A program made the position numbers and the translations under genes. DNA of 64,000 bases from positions 1 through 64,000 of the IMG/VR virus record IMGVR_UViG_3300034022_000278; one strand, written 5' to 3'. The notes beneath the pieces are model-generated. The model made no database searches and was not told the DNA's origin. It worked only from the letters and a program-made list of their open reading frames with translations. Positions within the stretch are counted from its first letter, which is position 1, and each line of letters opens with the position of its first letter. This document shows positions 9,172-19,738 of this stretch, piece by piece. Origin of the DNA: a virus.

Positions 9172-10461
9172 TTACACCATATCAAAGTTAGCAGCTGTCA
9201 AACCTAAAGCTTGAACAAATGTTTCACCGTTGTTTGCAGTCACTGTATCCAATAAACCTAATGGAGAAGTAGAGTCAAGATTCAAATAAACGAAAACACT
9301 ACCTTTTCCACCGTCCATAGAAACAAGACCTGAAATTGATTCTTCCCAAGCAATACCCAAACAAGAGTAACGAGAAGATAATACTGTATTTGTTCCAATA
9401 CCTGGAATTTTTACAAATTGGTCTCTTGAAATAGCAGGAGTAGAAGTTTGTTGCATTTCTCCTTCAAATCCATAACCCATGTATTCATCCATTGCAACTT
9501 GTTGCCATGTACCATTACCGTTAAATGCTCCTACCATGTGAGATACTAATGTAGTAGTATCAGAGAAAGTTGCAGTAAAACGATTAGCATAGTAATCACG
9601 GAATTGATTTACATCAAATGGTGCCGCAACACCTGTGATAGCGATACCCCAGTTAGTAACTGCAGTCAATTTACCGTGAGTAGTAGCATAAGCAGTACCA
9701 GTTGCTAAAGCAGTTACAGTAGTTCCTTGGAAAGCAACAGTTAACGTAACTGTAGTTGTAGAAGGTACAGTAGCTACTTCATAAGTTGCTCCTGCAATAA
9801 ATACTAAGTCACCAATTGCTAAAGAGTGTGCTGCTGAGTAAGTCAACAATTTAGATTGGTTAGTAGCTGCCAAAGTTGTAGCTCCAATTGCTGCTGCAGT
9901 ACCATCAGATATTGCTTCAAATTTTACATAACCATTTGCAGGTTCTTGATTAGTGAAGTTTCTGATACCACTTTTCATTAACAAAATAGCTAATTCACGT
10001 TGAGTACCAGCAGCATCTGTACGAACAGGTCCAGCAAATAAACTCATTGGCTGAGAACGGTTAGCTGCATCATTATCACGCTTACGTAATTTGATCCAGA
10101 AATCAGTAAAATTAGCCGCAGGAAGAGATCCTGTTGTACCATTATAACCGATTACTGATCTTTGTTGAACTGCAGGTTTGTGACGAGAGATAGTAAATTT
10201 AACTTTACCTTTAGTCAAAACAGGAGACTTCAAAAAAGATTTAGAAGTTCCACGACCCTCAACTACGAAGAATTTATCTCCATCAGCTAATAGCGCATAT
10301 TCAGTATTACTAATTCGTTGCATTCCTGCATTTACTAATACTACAGCTCCTGAAGGTAAGTTAGCAGGAGTAACAACTGTACCCACTGTAGGCAAAGTAG
10401 AACTTGCAACTGTACCATCGTTCAGTAATACGCTGAACACGTTGTTTGCTTTTCTTAACAT
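9172..10461 (-). CDS. Auxiliary capsid/structural protein (crAss gene-73-like)
   Basis: 429 aa, A/T-rich. Third gene after the MCP, as in the crAss conserved gene order. Confidence 0.6.
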   Translation of the reverse strand: MLRKANNVFSVLLNDGTVASSTLPTVGTVVTPANLPSGAVVLVNAGMQRISNTEYALLADGDKFFVVEGRGTSKSFLKSPVLTKGKVKFTISRHKPAVQQRSVIGYNGTTGSLPAANFTDFWIKLRKRDNDAANRSQPMSLFAGPVRTDAAGTQRELAILLMKSGIRNFTNQEPANGYVKFEAISDGTAAAIGATTLAATNQSKLLTYSAAHSLAIGDLVFIAGATYEVATVPSTTTVTLTVAFQGTTVTALATGTAYATTHGKLTAVTNWGIAITGVAAPFDVNQFRDYYANRFTATFSDTTTLVSHMVGAFNGNGTWQQVAMDEYMGYGFEGEMQQTSTPAISRDQFVKIPGIGTNTVLSSRYSCLGIAWEESISGLVSMDGGKGSVFVYLNLDSTSPLGLLDTVTANNGETFVQALGLTAANFDMV

Positions 10462-10495
10462 TTCTGTTTGTTTTTAAATTAATATTATTATTTAT

Positions 10496-11260
10496 TTATT
10501 CTAGTTCCTTAAAAGGTTCTACTATTTGCATTTTTTGTTCTTTTACTCTTTGATACATTAAGTCCATTGCTATATCTATTATAACTATATGGGTAGATGT
10601 ATCTAACTCGCAATTTTGTTGATTAGCAGGAGTATCTCTATCTACTACAATTGCTTGTGGATTTTTAATATATCGCATGTGATATATGTTTATGTTAAAA
10701 GTACCATCTGTAAACAACTCATGTCGTTTAGCAGTTGCAGGAGCAGTAGGCGATATACCTGTTACCTGTCTGGAGAATTCCGATCTCCATATTCTAGCAT
10801 CTCCCGAGGATTTGTAGAAAGGTTTTTTATATTTGCTCCAACTGAATCTCTGCATCTCGTTGTGAGCAATCTGGACAACATATCCTACAATATTAGTTGT
10901 TGTTCCACATGTCATTTTATCTATAGTACATTCTTCGTATATAGTGTACATGTGGTCTAACGGTAAATCAAAGAACTTTCCTGTTACATCTGTGTTCACA
11001 ATTATTCCTGCTTGTGATGCAGAAGGGGTTAGGGCAGGAGCATCTTTGATAAGTGCTCCCAAACCTTGATCCCTAATTTCTGTTTCTTGAAAGCCTTTAC
11101 CCTTTCTATTATTTAATTCGTCAAAGTATTTTTTAACATATAACTGCTCAGCCTCTGTTAGTACAGAAGATAATTCAAAATCTTCATAACCAGGGGAACC
11201 AAAACTATCACTTCTGTCTAGTTTCAATTCTAATTCATCGGCCATTTGGTTTGCAGTCAT
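10496..11260 (-). CDS. Tail ring/tubular protein (crAss gene-74-like)
   Basis: SPGYEDFELSSVLTEAEQLYVK...GFQETE...YIKNP...CELDTSTHIVIIDIA pattern and gene position. Confidence 0.65.
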   Translation of the reverse strand: MTANQMADELELKLDRSDSFGSPGYEDFELSSVLTEAEQLYVKKYFDELNNRKGKGFQETEIRDQGLGALIKDAPALTPSASQAGIIVNTDVTGKFFDLPLDHMYTIYEECTIDKMTCGTTTNIVGYVVQIAHNEMQRFSWSKYKKPFYKSSGDARIWRSEFSRQVTGISPTAPATAKRHELFTDGTFNINIYHMRYIKNPQAIVVDRDTPANQQNCELDTSTHIVIIDIAMDLMYQRVKEQKMQIVEPFKELE

Positions 11261-11263
11261 ATC

Positions 11264-12202
11264 TTAATTTCTTTTTGCTAAATCAATTTTTGCTTTTACT
11301 CTCAATTTTACTTCTTGATTGTCAGGGTTAAGTAAGTAGTTAATAACATCAGTCATATCTCCTAACTCAGCACCATTATCAAGTGTGTATCTTTTTTCAC
11401 CTTTACGAATAACTGCACCAGCTTCTACAGCTTCTTGTACAAAGATTCTTTCAGCATATTGTGGATGGTTAACAATCTCTAAGAAATATGTAGGATTACT
11501 GTCTACAATATTTAATACTTCGTTCTTCAACCATTCGTCATTTGCTGTAGCAGGTATAGTTCTACCAAGAGATTTAATAAATCCTATTGTAGCTGTTTTA
11601 CTATTTGTAATTTCTGCGTACTTAACAAAAGCATTTGCTTTAACACTAGCTTCTTCTAATTTCTTAGTAGTTACCTTGCTTTCGTCTACAATCATAAACT
11701 CATAAGTAGCTTTTAATGTTCTATCATCATAAGATGGTGATATACGCATTTTATCAGCTAACAATATAAGATACTTTAACATATCTAAAGACTGATTAAG
11801 ATTTAATGTTGTACCTTCTTTTGTAAGTACTACACGTCCTCTTCTGTCTGTTCTCCAGAAGTTATCCTCTTGCTTAAGTGTTGGGTTTAAATCCACACCT
11901 AATTCTTTTTCAAAGAACTCTTTTTGAGTCATTCCGTTAGGAAAAGACTCCATGTATTTTTGAACTTTAACTCTCTTTTGGTCGTCCAAAATTACTTTTA
12001 CTCCGCCTCCCAAGTTTGCATTATTAAGCGGAACTTGAAAGCTTCGTTTTGTTTTATTGTACATGAAAGGATCTTTTTTGTTATCCTGTCCTTGTACTAA
12101 TAAGGTACTCCATTTCCCCGATGATTCTACTGGTTTTATAGCTACGATTCTATTTTGTAGAAAAGATCCATAAATTTGTTTTTCAATTTTTGCTGTTTCC
12201 AT
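11264..12202 (-). CDS. Conserved crAss gene-75-like protein
   Basis: Immediately downstream of the MCP. Contains NFW...LNLNQSLDMLKY...YLLNPDNQE motifs. Confidence 0.6.
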   Translation of the reverse strand: METAKIEKQIYGSFLQNRIVAIKPVESSGKWSTLLVQGQDNKKDPFMYNKTKRSFQVPLNNANLGGGVKVILDDQKRVKVQKYMESFPNGMTQKEFFEKELGVDLNPTLKQEDNFWRTDRRGRVVLTKEGTTLNLNQSLDMLKYLILLADKMRISPSYDDRTLKATYEFMIVDESKVTTKKLEEASVKANAFVKYAEITNSKTATIGFIKSLGRTIPATANDEWLKNEVLNIVDSNPTYFLEIVNHPQYAERIFVQEAVEAGAVIRKGEKRYTLDNGAELGDMTDVINYLLNPDNQEVKLRVKAKIDLAKRN

Positions 12203-12235
12203 TTTTGCTGTCTTAATTAATTCTCTTTATTAAAA

Positions 12236-12271
12236 ATGTCCCCTCGAGGCGTTCAACTCCGAGGGGATCAT
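12236..12271 (-). terminator. Hairpin after the MCP gene
   Basis: TCCCCTCG...CGAGGGGA inverted repeat followed by a T-run on the minus strand. Confidence 0.6.
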
Positions 12272-12283
12272 TTCCTATAGTTT

Positions 12284-13795
12284 TTATCTTTCTACTGAAA
12301 GACGTAAATCTACTACTTTTGTAGGATCTTCGATCATCAATCCACCCCACTTCTGGAAGTGTACTGAGTAACCGTCTACTGGAGAAGCTACCATCTTTGG
12401 TGAACCTTTACCTGCAGGAGAGAAAGGATCTCTCATACCTGGGATATACGCCCAGTTGTAATCTGGAACTCCTTTTGGCTTAACTCGGTAGATACCTGCA
12501 TTGTCGCCATAATCCAAAGCAAGGATTCTGTGTGATTCAACAAGACCTTTTCCATCTGGGTGACGTTGTGGGAAGTAAACATCATCATCGAAGAAATCAA
12601 CGATTTCAACTTTGATAACAACTCCGTTGTACCATTCGTACACGTTCCACTGTGGTTCCATTAAACCTTTAGTGTTATTACCACCTAAGTTACCTGCATC
12701 TGTGTTAGACATCAAGAATTTATCAGAAATTACTGTGAATTTTCCTGTTCCTGATTTAGCTTGGATTTGCTTAGAGATTTCAATAGCACCGAATTCTCCT
12801 GTTAACAAGTGAATTACACGCTTACCTCTTTCAATTTTACCAACACCCATATCTAACAACAATTCTAAATGCCAGTCAAGGTCATAAGAGTTATAGTAGT
12901 GAACATTAGATGGAGCAATTTGCTCGAAGAAACCTGCACCTGATTCGATAGCATATTTAGTCTTGTCATCTTTGTTTAAATACTTGTGATCAGCTGTCCA
13001 GTTTTTCTTACCGTACATCAACATACGAGCAAACATTTCTTCACACTGGTGATGAGCTACCATATCTTGGTAGTTAATCCAGATTGATTCTTGTTGACCT
13101 TTGTAGTTAAATCCAAACTCTAATGGTTCGTTTTTACCTTTGTTGATAGTATTACCTGCAACTTCATACTCCATACGCAATGTAGAAGGACGATTTTCCA
13201 TTCTCCAAGGAGATGTAAAATACGGCTTAGCACCTTGGTAAGATAGAGTAGATGGAGACAAAGAGTAAAATTTAGACCAACGACCTCCGATAGACAATTC
13301 CTCAGAAGGAACAGACTTAGTAGAGCTATCAGTTACTAATTCAACTTCAACTTTGTAACGAGAACCTGCGTCCATAGATTTTTTAACCAACAAGTGGTAA
13401 TCATCTACTTCTCCACGAAGTACGTTAGTTTCTTCAAACAACGGTTCGTCAAAGATTAAGTAAAAACGCTCTCCGTTAGCACCAACATTTGCTGGGAAAG
13501 TCCCTGCAGAAATAGTACGTCCGTCAATTGTTTCAGCATCTACTAGAGGAAGATTCTTGTCGTGTTGACCTTGCAACATCCAGTTATAGAAACCATTTTC
13601 TTGTTCCACCTCTTTAACAGGGAAACGATCTACGAATTCACGTAATTTACCTTGAAGGTTAGTTTTGTATATCTGTTTGATAACATTACTAATCAACTGT
13701 GGCTTTTGTTGATACAAAGCGTGGAAGTGGTTATCTGTAACCAATCCATTGTAATCTTTAGCTTCATACCTTTGTAATGGGAGTAATTGAGCCAT
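12284..13795 (-). CDS. Major capsid protein (crAss-like, HK97 fold)
   Basis: 503 aa following portal and scaffold. Motifs GAGFFEQI, LLTGEFG, PFS...MVASPVDGYSVH...GLMIEDPT. Confidence 0.85.
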   Translation of the reverse strand: MAQLLPLQRYEAKDYNGLVTDNHFHALYQQKPQLISNVIKQIYKTNLQGKLREFVDRFPVKEVEQENGFYNWMLQGQHDKNLPLVDAETIDGRTISAGTFPANVGANGERFYLIFDEPLFEETNVLRGEVDDYHLLVKKSMDAGSRYKVEVELVTDSSTKSVPSEELSIGGRWSKFYSLSPSTLSYQGAKPYFTSPWRMENRPSTLRMEYEVAGNTINKGKNEPLEFGFNYKGQQESIWINYQDMVAHHQCEEMFARMLMYGKKNWTADHKYLNKDDKTKYAIESGAGFFEQIAPSNVHYYNSYDLDWHLELLLDMGVGKIERGKRVIHLLTGEFGAIEISKQIQAKSGTGKFTVISDKFLMSNTDAGNLGGNNTKGLMEPQWNVYEWYNGVVIKVEIVDFFDDDVYFPQRHPDGKGLVESHRILALDYGDNAGIYRVKPKGVPDYNWAYIPGMRDPFSPAGKGSPKMVASPVDGYSVHFQKWGGLMIEDPTKVVDLRLSVER

Positions 13796-13830
13796 TTTTT
13801 TCTTTTGTTATTAATTGTTAGACGAATAAT

Positions 13831-15021
13831 TTATTTATTTCCCTTAGTTGCTCTTTCAAGCAAACTTAGTATTCCTTCTGTTTTTTGAGAAGTTTCCATA
13901 GAGGTATTTCTACCTACTCCTCTTTGCTCTTCAGCTGCTATAACTTTATCTAGTTCGTTAATAGCGGCAGTCTTAGCAACTGCTTTTAATTTAGCAATAT
14001 CTGGTTTAAACTTACCTTCTTTATCTAAATTAAATAATCCCATAGTATCGTAGTAGTTAATTAACATCTCAAACTCTACAGGGTTTCTTTGTTGTTTATA
14101 CATTAAACTATTAAACTCTTTCCCTGATTTAGGGTCCGTGTAAACTGGGTTTACTATATTGCTTTTTAATTTATCCTTAGCAATTTTATTAAGACTTAAA
14201 CCATCGATGAAAGATTCTCTTGTATCAATGTGTCCTAATAAATTCTCAAATGCATCTGTCTGTGCTTTTTGAGCTGCTTTAGTCTTTAGCTCTTTACTGC
14301 TTCTAGACTCCTGAATAACTGATTGCGCTTGTGTCTTTAGTTCAGGAATTGCTTTTAGTGCCTTTTCCTCTAATTTATTTACTGCTAACGCATCGTCTAT
14401 CGCTTCTAATGCATCTGCATCTGAGAAGTTTTTAGCTTTTAATTGTTCAAAGTAGATTTGTTTCTGCAAATTTTCATCTGCTTTAATATCTTCTACTCCA
14501 ACACTATCAAAGAACTCTAATCTCTGTGCCATAAGAATAGCATTGTCGGTATCATCAAATGCATCTTCGATTTCTAAAAATCTTTTCTTTGCAGACGACA
14601 TGCCTTTTTTCCAATTCTCTTCTTTGGCCTTAAAATTTGTTTCAACTGTTTTGCTTACTAAATCTTTAATAGAATCAAATGTTCCTGGCATCTCGTCTAA
14701 CTTTTCCATCTCTTCAACGGTTAAGACTCCTGCTGTAACAAGTTCTTTCATTAATGCTTTGTAAACTATCTCATTCTTGTTCTCGTTAGAACCTGAATCT
14801 TTTGTCTCTGTTGCTGCTACTTGTGTAGCTTTGCTTTCCCGTGTAGTAGTATCGTCTCCTTTTTCCGCTACTACAGGTGTTAATGTAAATTCTTCTGCTG
14901 AATCTTCTAAAGGTTCTCCGCCTTCATTTTTTGATTCTACTGCTGAATTTAGTTCTTCTGCCGACATTATTTGAAGTCCTTCAAACAAGTCATTGATATC
15001 TGCATCCATATTTGCTGTCAT
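13831..15021 (-). CDS. Capsid scaffold-like protein (crAss gene-77-like); true start may be the second ATG at 15009
   Basis: Acidic N-terminus and coiled-coil, located between portal and MCP. Confidence 0.7.
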   Translation of the reverse strand: MTANMDADINDLFEGLQIMSAEELNSAVESKNEGGEPLEDSAEEFTLTPVVAEKGDDTTTRESKATQVAATETKDSGSNENKNEIVYKALMKELVTAGVLTVEEMEKLDEMPGTFDSIKDLVSKTVETNFKAKEENWKKGMSSAKKRFLEIEDAFDDTDNAILMAQRLEFFDSVGVEDIKADENLQKQIYFEQLKAKNFSDADALEAIDDALAVNKLEEKALKAIPELKTQAQSVIQESRSSKELKTKAAQKAQTDAFENLLGHIDTRESFIDGLSLNKIAKDKLKSNIVNPVYTDPKSGKEFNSLMYKQQRNPVEFEMLINYYDTMGLFNLDKEGKFKPDIAKLKAVAKTAAINELDKVIAAEEQRGVGRNTSMETSQKTEGILSLLERATKGNK

Positions 15022-15098
15022 TAATTAGTTACAATATTAAAAAAATTTTTATACATAGTCTATAAATTATTTATGAATTCATCTATAGTCCTATAGCT

Positions 15099-17534
15099 TT
15101 ATTTAGTCTTAGGTTTGGCATTAATCGCTTGTTTTTGAATTTCCTCTCTAGCTTGATTGGCTCTTTGAGTCTCTGCAAGTTTCTCTTCTGCTATTCTAAC
15201 CTGATCTTGTTTATACTTTTCATCTACATCGGTACGTCTAATATCTAAATAATCATCTATACCGTTATTATCTGTATCTACTCTTGCCCCATCTGCTGCA
15301 TGTCGACTATTAGTATTATCTTCTTTCATGCCTGCAATCTGCAAGTTAGCTGCGATCTGTTCTCGTTTTATTGCTATCTCGTCATCGTGGAATTTAATCT
15401 CTACTTGACGTTGTGCATCTTTGTCTGCCATAAGAGCTTTAGTCTGCTCTTCTTGAGAAGCCATTTTCTTCTCTTCCATTTGCTGTCCTTCTTCTTTAAT
15501 TCTTCTTGCAGAATCTTCTAGTCTTCTAGCAACTTCTTGTACAGACTCTGATTGTGTAATAGCAATAAGATCCGATATAGTAGCTTGGCCATTTTGAATA
15601 GCTGCTTGAGATAACGCTCTTAAGTCGTCATATAATTGCGTATCGTTTGTAGAATTAGATACATGAACATCATATTCTGAAGCTACAAACTCGTCAAATT
15701 TAGTCACAATGTGTTGGCCCATATCGTCTAATAAGAACTGACCCTTTTTAGGATTTTTCTTATAAGCATATTTACAAGCCTCTAAGAATTTAGTAAGAAC
15801 TCTTTTACGGAAGTTAGCATCTATTGCAAACCATTTCTCAGTAATGTGTGAAGTCTGTGATACTTCCATTTCTACACTACCGTTAGATTGTCTATTACTT
15901 ATTTGGCCTTCTCTAGCTCCTGATACACCTGCAACTTTACCAAGAGTATTTTCTATGTCTAACATCAGATTAGTATACATACTAATTTCGTTAGGGTCGC
16001 CTACTTGTATTTGTTGTGCTGTTAATGTGTTAAATGCTCCTGCAGATTTACCTTGTGAAGGTCCTTTAAGAATCTCATTAGTTGGGTCTAACCATGCAAA
16101 CTTATTAATAGTTACATAGCGCATCCACTCTTTTGGATCCCAACCAGATGGCACCAGTGAAGAGTTCAGGGCAGTGAAAGACCCTTTGTATGTAGCAATA
16201 GCTAATTCTCTTTTGTAATATGATATATCGTAAGAGTATGTAAATGGTTTCATTATATCCATCAATGATTGTACTTTGTAATCATTGGTACTATTTACAC
16301 TTCCTACATACGGAGGAGTTCCTTTAGATTTATTTACTAAAGATTTAGAAGCATAAGGTACAGGGCGCATTACTGTGTAAACGTGGTCAGCAATTTTAGT
16401 ACCTTCCATCCATTCGTTTACCCATATCCATTTTACTGTTTCTCCTAATTCTTTTTTAGGTTTATAATCTTCAGGAACCCAATCCTTTTGTTCTTGTCCA
16501 TCTTGATCGAAGAATGTAAGTTCCCCTACCTTTCTTCTACTTCTCCAACATACTTTCAATACTCTTACGTTTCCGTAAGTATCAAAAGCTCCTGAGAAAG
16601 TTCTAGTTCCCATTTCATTTGGGTGAAAAATACTTAATGCTCCTTGCTCTCCATAATAATCATAAACAGATACGTCACGATTAAGTCCGATACCACCGCC
16701 TCCAGCGGAAGCATCAGTTTTTCCTCGTTCTAAGAAATCTATATCGTCCTCTGATAACTCTTCCCAATAGTCATCTACTATTTGTCCTACAGATTTATAT
16801 CCGTATTCAACAATAATATCTGCATCTTCAATATACATAGAGTTGCCTCCCATTGTATATAAGTTCATCGGGTTAACTCGTCGCATAACAGGGTTACCTC
16901 CTAATACTCCGCAATACATTATTTCTTCACCGCTCACTAGTAAATCCTCAAAAGTGCGCAAGAAAGTAAAATCAAAATCCCCTTCTTTGTATTCTTTTTT
17001 TAGTATTTTATTAGCTGTAATTTCAGCTACATCCTGGTATTCGTAAGTTTGATAATTCTGTAATTTCTGAAGTCTCTTTTGTATTTCTTCATCAGAAATT
17101 GAAGTAGTTTTAATAATGCCTGTTAACTCAGCTTTAATTTGCTCCATTAACTCAGCTTCTTTTCTCCCAATACCATCAGTATCGTTAGCTGATATATAAG
17201 CTTTAAATTCTTTTTTTCTTTTAGAGTATTCTCCTAATAGTAAATTAATTTTAGAATTCTCAATGCCCACATGCTGAAAAGATGCAGGTAAAGACTCGAG
17301 ATCCAGATTGTCTGGATTAATAAATTTTTCAAAATCCTTAACGTTGATTATATTAGCCCTTAAATTATAGTTAGCTTTTTTATTCTTAAAGTTAGAACGT
17401 AGGTTTACATCAGAAGTTAATAAATGCTCTGCAAAATCCATATTCTTTTTAAACCAATTGTCATCTTTTTTGGAATCAGGTAGCTTCTGTCTAGGGAAAC
17501 TAATATATCCTTGCATTTTAACTGGAGAACTCAT
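15099..17534 (-). CDS. Portal protein
   Basis: 811 aa directly after the terminase. FPRQKLP N-terminus, KINLLLGEY, WVNEWMEGTKI, GVSGAREG and a C-terminal coiled coil, typical of crAss portals. Confidence 0.85.
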   Translation of the reverse strand: MSSPVKMQGYISFPRQKLPDSKKDDNWFKKNMDFAEHLLTSDVNLRSNFKNKKANYNLRANIINVKDFEKFINPDNLDLESLPASFQHVGIENSKINLLLGEYSKRKKEFKAYISANDTDGIGRKEAELMEQIKAELTGIIKTTSISDEEIQKRLQKLQNYQTYEYQDVAEITANKILKKEYKEGDFDFTFLRTFEDLLVSGEEIMYCGVLGGNPVMRRVNPMNLYTMGGNSMYIEDADIIVEYGYKSVGQIVDDYWEELSEDDIDFLERGKTDASAGGGGIGLNRDVSVYDYYGEQGALSIFHPNEMGTRTFSGAFDTYGNVRVLKVCWRSRRKVGELTFFDQDGQEQKDWVPEDYKPKKELGETVKWIWVNEWMEGTKIADHVYTVMRPVPYASKSLVNKSKGTPPYVGSVNSTNDYKVQSLMDIMKPFTYSYDISYYKRELAIATYKGSFTALNSSLVPSGWDPKEWMRYVTINKFAWLDPTNEILKGPSQGKSAGAFNTLTAQQIQVGDPNEISMYTNLMLDIENTLGKVAGVSGAREGQISNRQSNGSVEMEVSQTSHITEKWFAIDANFRKRVLTKFLEACKYAYKKNPKKGQFLLDDMGQHIVTKFDEFVASEYDVHVSNSTNDTQLYDDLRALSQAAIQNGQATISDLIAITQSESVQEVARRLEDSARRIKEEGQQMEEKKMASQEEQTKALMADKDAQRQVEIKFHDDEIAIKREQIAANLQIAGMKEDNTNSRHAADGARVDTDNNGIDDYLDIRRTDVDEKYKQDQVRIAEEKLAETQRANQAREEIQKQAINAKPKTK

Positions 17535-17560
17535 AGTGATAATTTATTTAAGATACAAAT

Positions 17561-19738
17561 TTATGGATAAAAATTGGAATTAATAGTATTGATAGGTTTC
17601 TTTTTTAAAACACCCATCTTATCCCAATAGGGATTATCCATAAAACCTTTAATATCTTCTTTAAGTTTAACGTTCTCTTTGAACATTGTAGAGTCTAACC
17701 ACATTAGCATACCTAATGCAGAAACTCTGTCAAAGTTGCCACTAGGATTCCACATTACTAATTCTGTTATCATAGCAGGAGAATATAATGTCTCGTACAC
17801 TCTTGTCTCAGATTTCTCTGAGATTCTCTCTTGCAACCAAGACTTAATCATATTTCTTGCTTCAGCATTAACTGTACCAGATGCGTTAATACCTTTAGAA
17901 GTATTAGTTCCTGCTTTATAAGTATCTGTAGATCTTAATTGATAAGGAGTATCTGCAAGTAAGTAAGTACACTTATTTTGGTCAAAGTAATTGTAAAGAC
18001 CAATAAGGTTTTTCTCGTACATTCCTATTGCATTATAGTACAACAACATCTTACGGCATACTTCGTAGAAATCTTTTGCTTCCCCTGTACGTCCTGTATA
18101 CTCGGCAACTATTTGTCGAGTAAAACGATTCAATATAATTATAGACGGCAAGGAATCAGTAGTGGATTTATCTTTATCTACAACGTCGATTCCTGCGATG
18201 TGCACTCCTCTCGGCACTACACCTTCGTCATTCTTTTGGGGTTTTACCCACAATTCTATGCAACTTCTTTTGTCGTCATTGTTATTAAGTGGAAACTTTC
18301 TAATAGGTTGTGCATCTTGCTCTGTAAAAAACTCAGGTTCGTTGGCAGAGTTAAAAGATATGTGGCCTTTAAAAGATGCTTCTGTATATTTCTTATACTT
18401 ACCTCCCTCTACTTCAGCTAGTTGTTCTTTAAGTTGTAGCGTAGGGAAGAATGCTCCTTCTAGAACTAAGAATGCTTCACTCGGAACCATTGGTCCGTTG
18501 ATAATTTCTGTTTGATATACAGTCGGGTCGGGTGATTTTTTTGCAATAGACCGTCTGTATTCTATATTTACTCTTGCTAGCGCTTCATCTGTTTCTAGAT
18601 TAGGGCCTTTCTTAAATTCATTTTGTACTAATGAGTACGGCACAAAGTATCCTATCTTTCCTCTATGCTCAAATACATCATCAAATTCTACGCAGTTATA
18701 ATCTTGTGGATTTCTAAATATACTTTCTGCATATAATGCCGCTCTACCTGATACAAGCCCACCCGTTCCTAGGGCCCATATTACAAGGTTTTTCTTAGCC
18801 TTTGCTGCTTGGATAGCTTCAATAGCTCCCCAAGATTCCTTTATATTATACATGAAACCTACCTCATCTAGTGCTACTAAGTTGGCACGAGTACCATTGG
18901 CTGCTAGTGGATTATCTTTAAAGGTTCTGTGGTATAATTTAGATTTAGAAAGTGCTGCTGTAATATATTTGTTAGACTGTAGCGACCCTGTGTAGTTTGA
19001 GAATAGCGGTGCGGGGTATTCTTCATCGCCTATGGAAAATCCCCCAGGTAATAACTCAAATGCCGTCTTTACCTTAGCTACTAATGGTTCGGTGTATTTA
19101 GTATCAATTGCACCGATGATACTTTCTGACGAAGTATATTGTTTTAATTTTCTTCTTGATAAATAATCGTCGTAGTCTGTAGCTCCATCAAATAAAAAGT
19201 TATGGGCAACTATTGCTGAAGTAGAATAAGACTTACCCGACCCCCTTGCTTGTATAGACATAAAATGCTTTGCTGCATTTTTGTATAAAGGCTTACCTAA
19301 AGATTTACCGTGGTTTCTTCTTAAGTATTCTCTTGCGGGAACGTAAGTCATTTTCTGAGATTCTGCTTCAGTAATCCTTTTAAGGATGATTGAGATTGCC
19401 TTATCTGGTCCATATCTTCTATCGCATGTATAAACCTTGTCCCCTGTGAATCCTGAAAAGCCCCGACACTCGTCATAGATAAGAAATAATTCCCAATCTA
19501 TATCGCGCAAAAACGGCAGACCAAATGCTTGTGCTACAGACGTATCGTCTTCAAATTGTATATTGTGAAAGTTGATGTAATAGTATAGAGGGCCTGGCAT
19601 CCACTTGCCCCCGACCCAATAACCTTCTATGCACTTACGCTTTTCTTCTTTCCAAAAAGCAATACGTTCATAGTATTCTAATTCAGGATGATAATTAGGA
19701 ATATCTTTAAGTCTAAAATTAGAATTTTCTATTATCAT
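17561..19738 (-). CDS. terL: Terminase large subunit
   Basis: Walker A ARGSGKS, Walker B VALDEVG, motif III GTGG, and a nuclease region GIDVVD...NFDRVSA. Confidence 0.9.
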   Translation of the reverse strand: MIIENSNFRLKDIPNYHPELEYYERIAFWKEEKRKCIEGYWVGGKWMPGPLYYYINFHNIQFEDDTSVAQAFGLPFLRDIDWELFLIYDECRGFSGFTGDKVYTCDRRYGPDKAISIILKRITEAESQKMTYVPAREYLRRNHGKSLGKPLYKNAAKHFMSIQARGSGKSYSTSAIVAHNFLFDGATDYDDYLSRRKLKQYTSSESIIGAIDTKYTEPLVAKVKTAFELLPGGFSIGDEEYPAPLFSNYTGSLQSNKYITAALSKSKLYHRTFKDNPLAANGTRANLVALDEVGFMYNIKESWGAIEAIQAAKAKKNLVIWALGTGGLVSGRAALYAESIFRNPQDYNCVEFDDVFEHRGKIGYFVPYSLVQNEFKKGPNLETDEALARVNIEYRRSIAKKSPDPTVYQTEIINGPMVPSEAFLVLEGAFFPTLQLKEQLAEVEGGKYKKYTEASFKGHISFNSANEPEFFTEQDAQPIRKFPLNNNDDKRSCIELWVKPQKNDEGVVPRGVHIAGIDVVDKDKSTTDSLPSIIILNRFTRQIVAEYTGRTGEAKDFYEVCRKMLLYYNAIGMYEKNLIGLYNYFDQNKCTYLLADTPYQLRSTDTYKAGTNTSKGINASGTVNAEARNMIKSWLQERISEKSETRVYETLYSPAMITELVMWNPSGNFDRVSALGMLMWLDSTMFKENVKLKEDIKGFMDNPYWDKMGVLKKKPINTINSNFYP

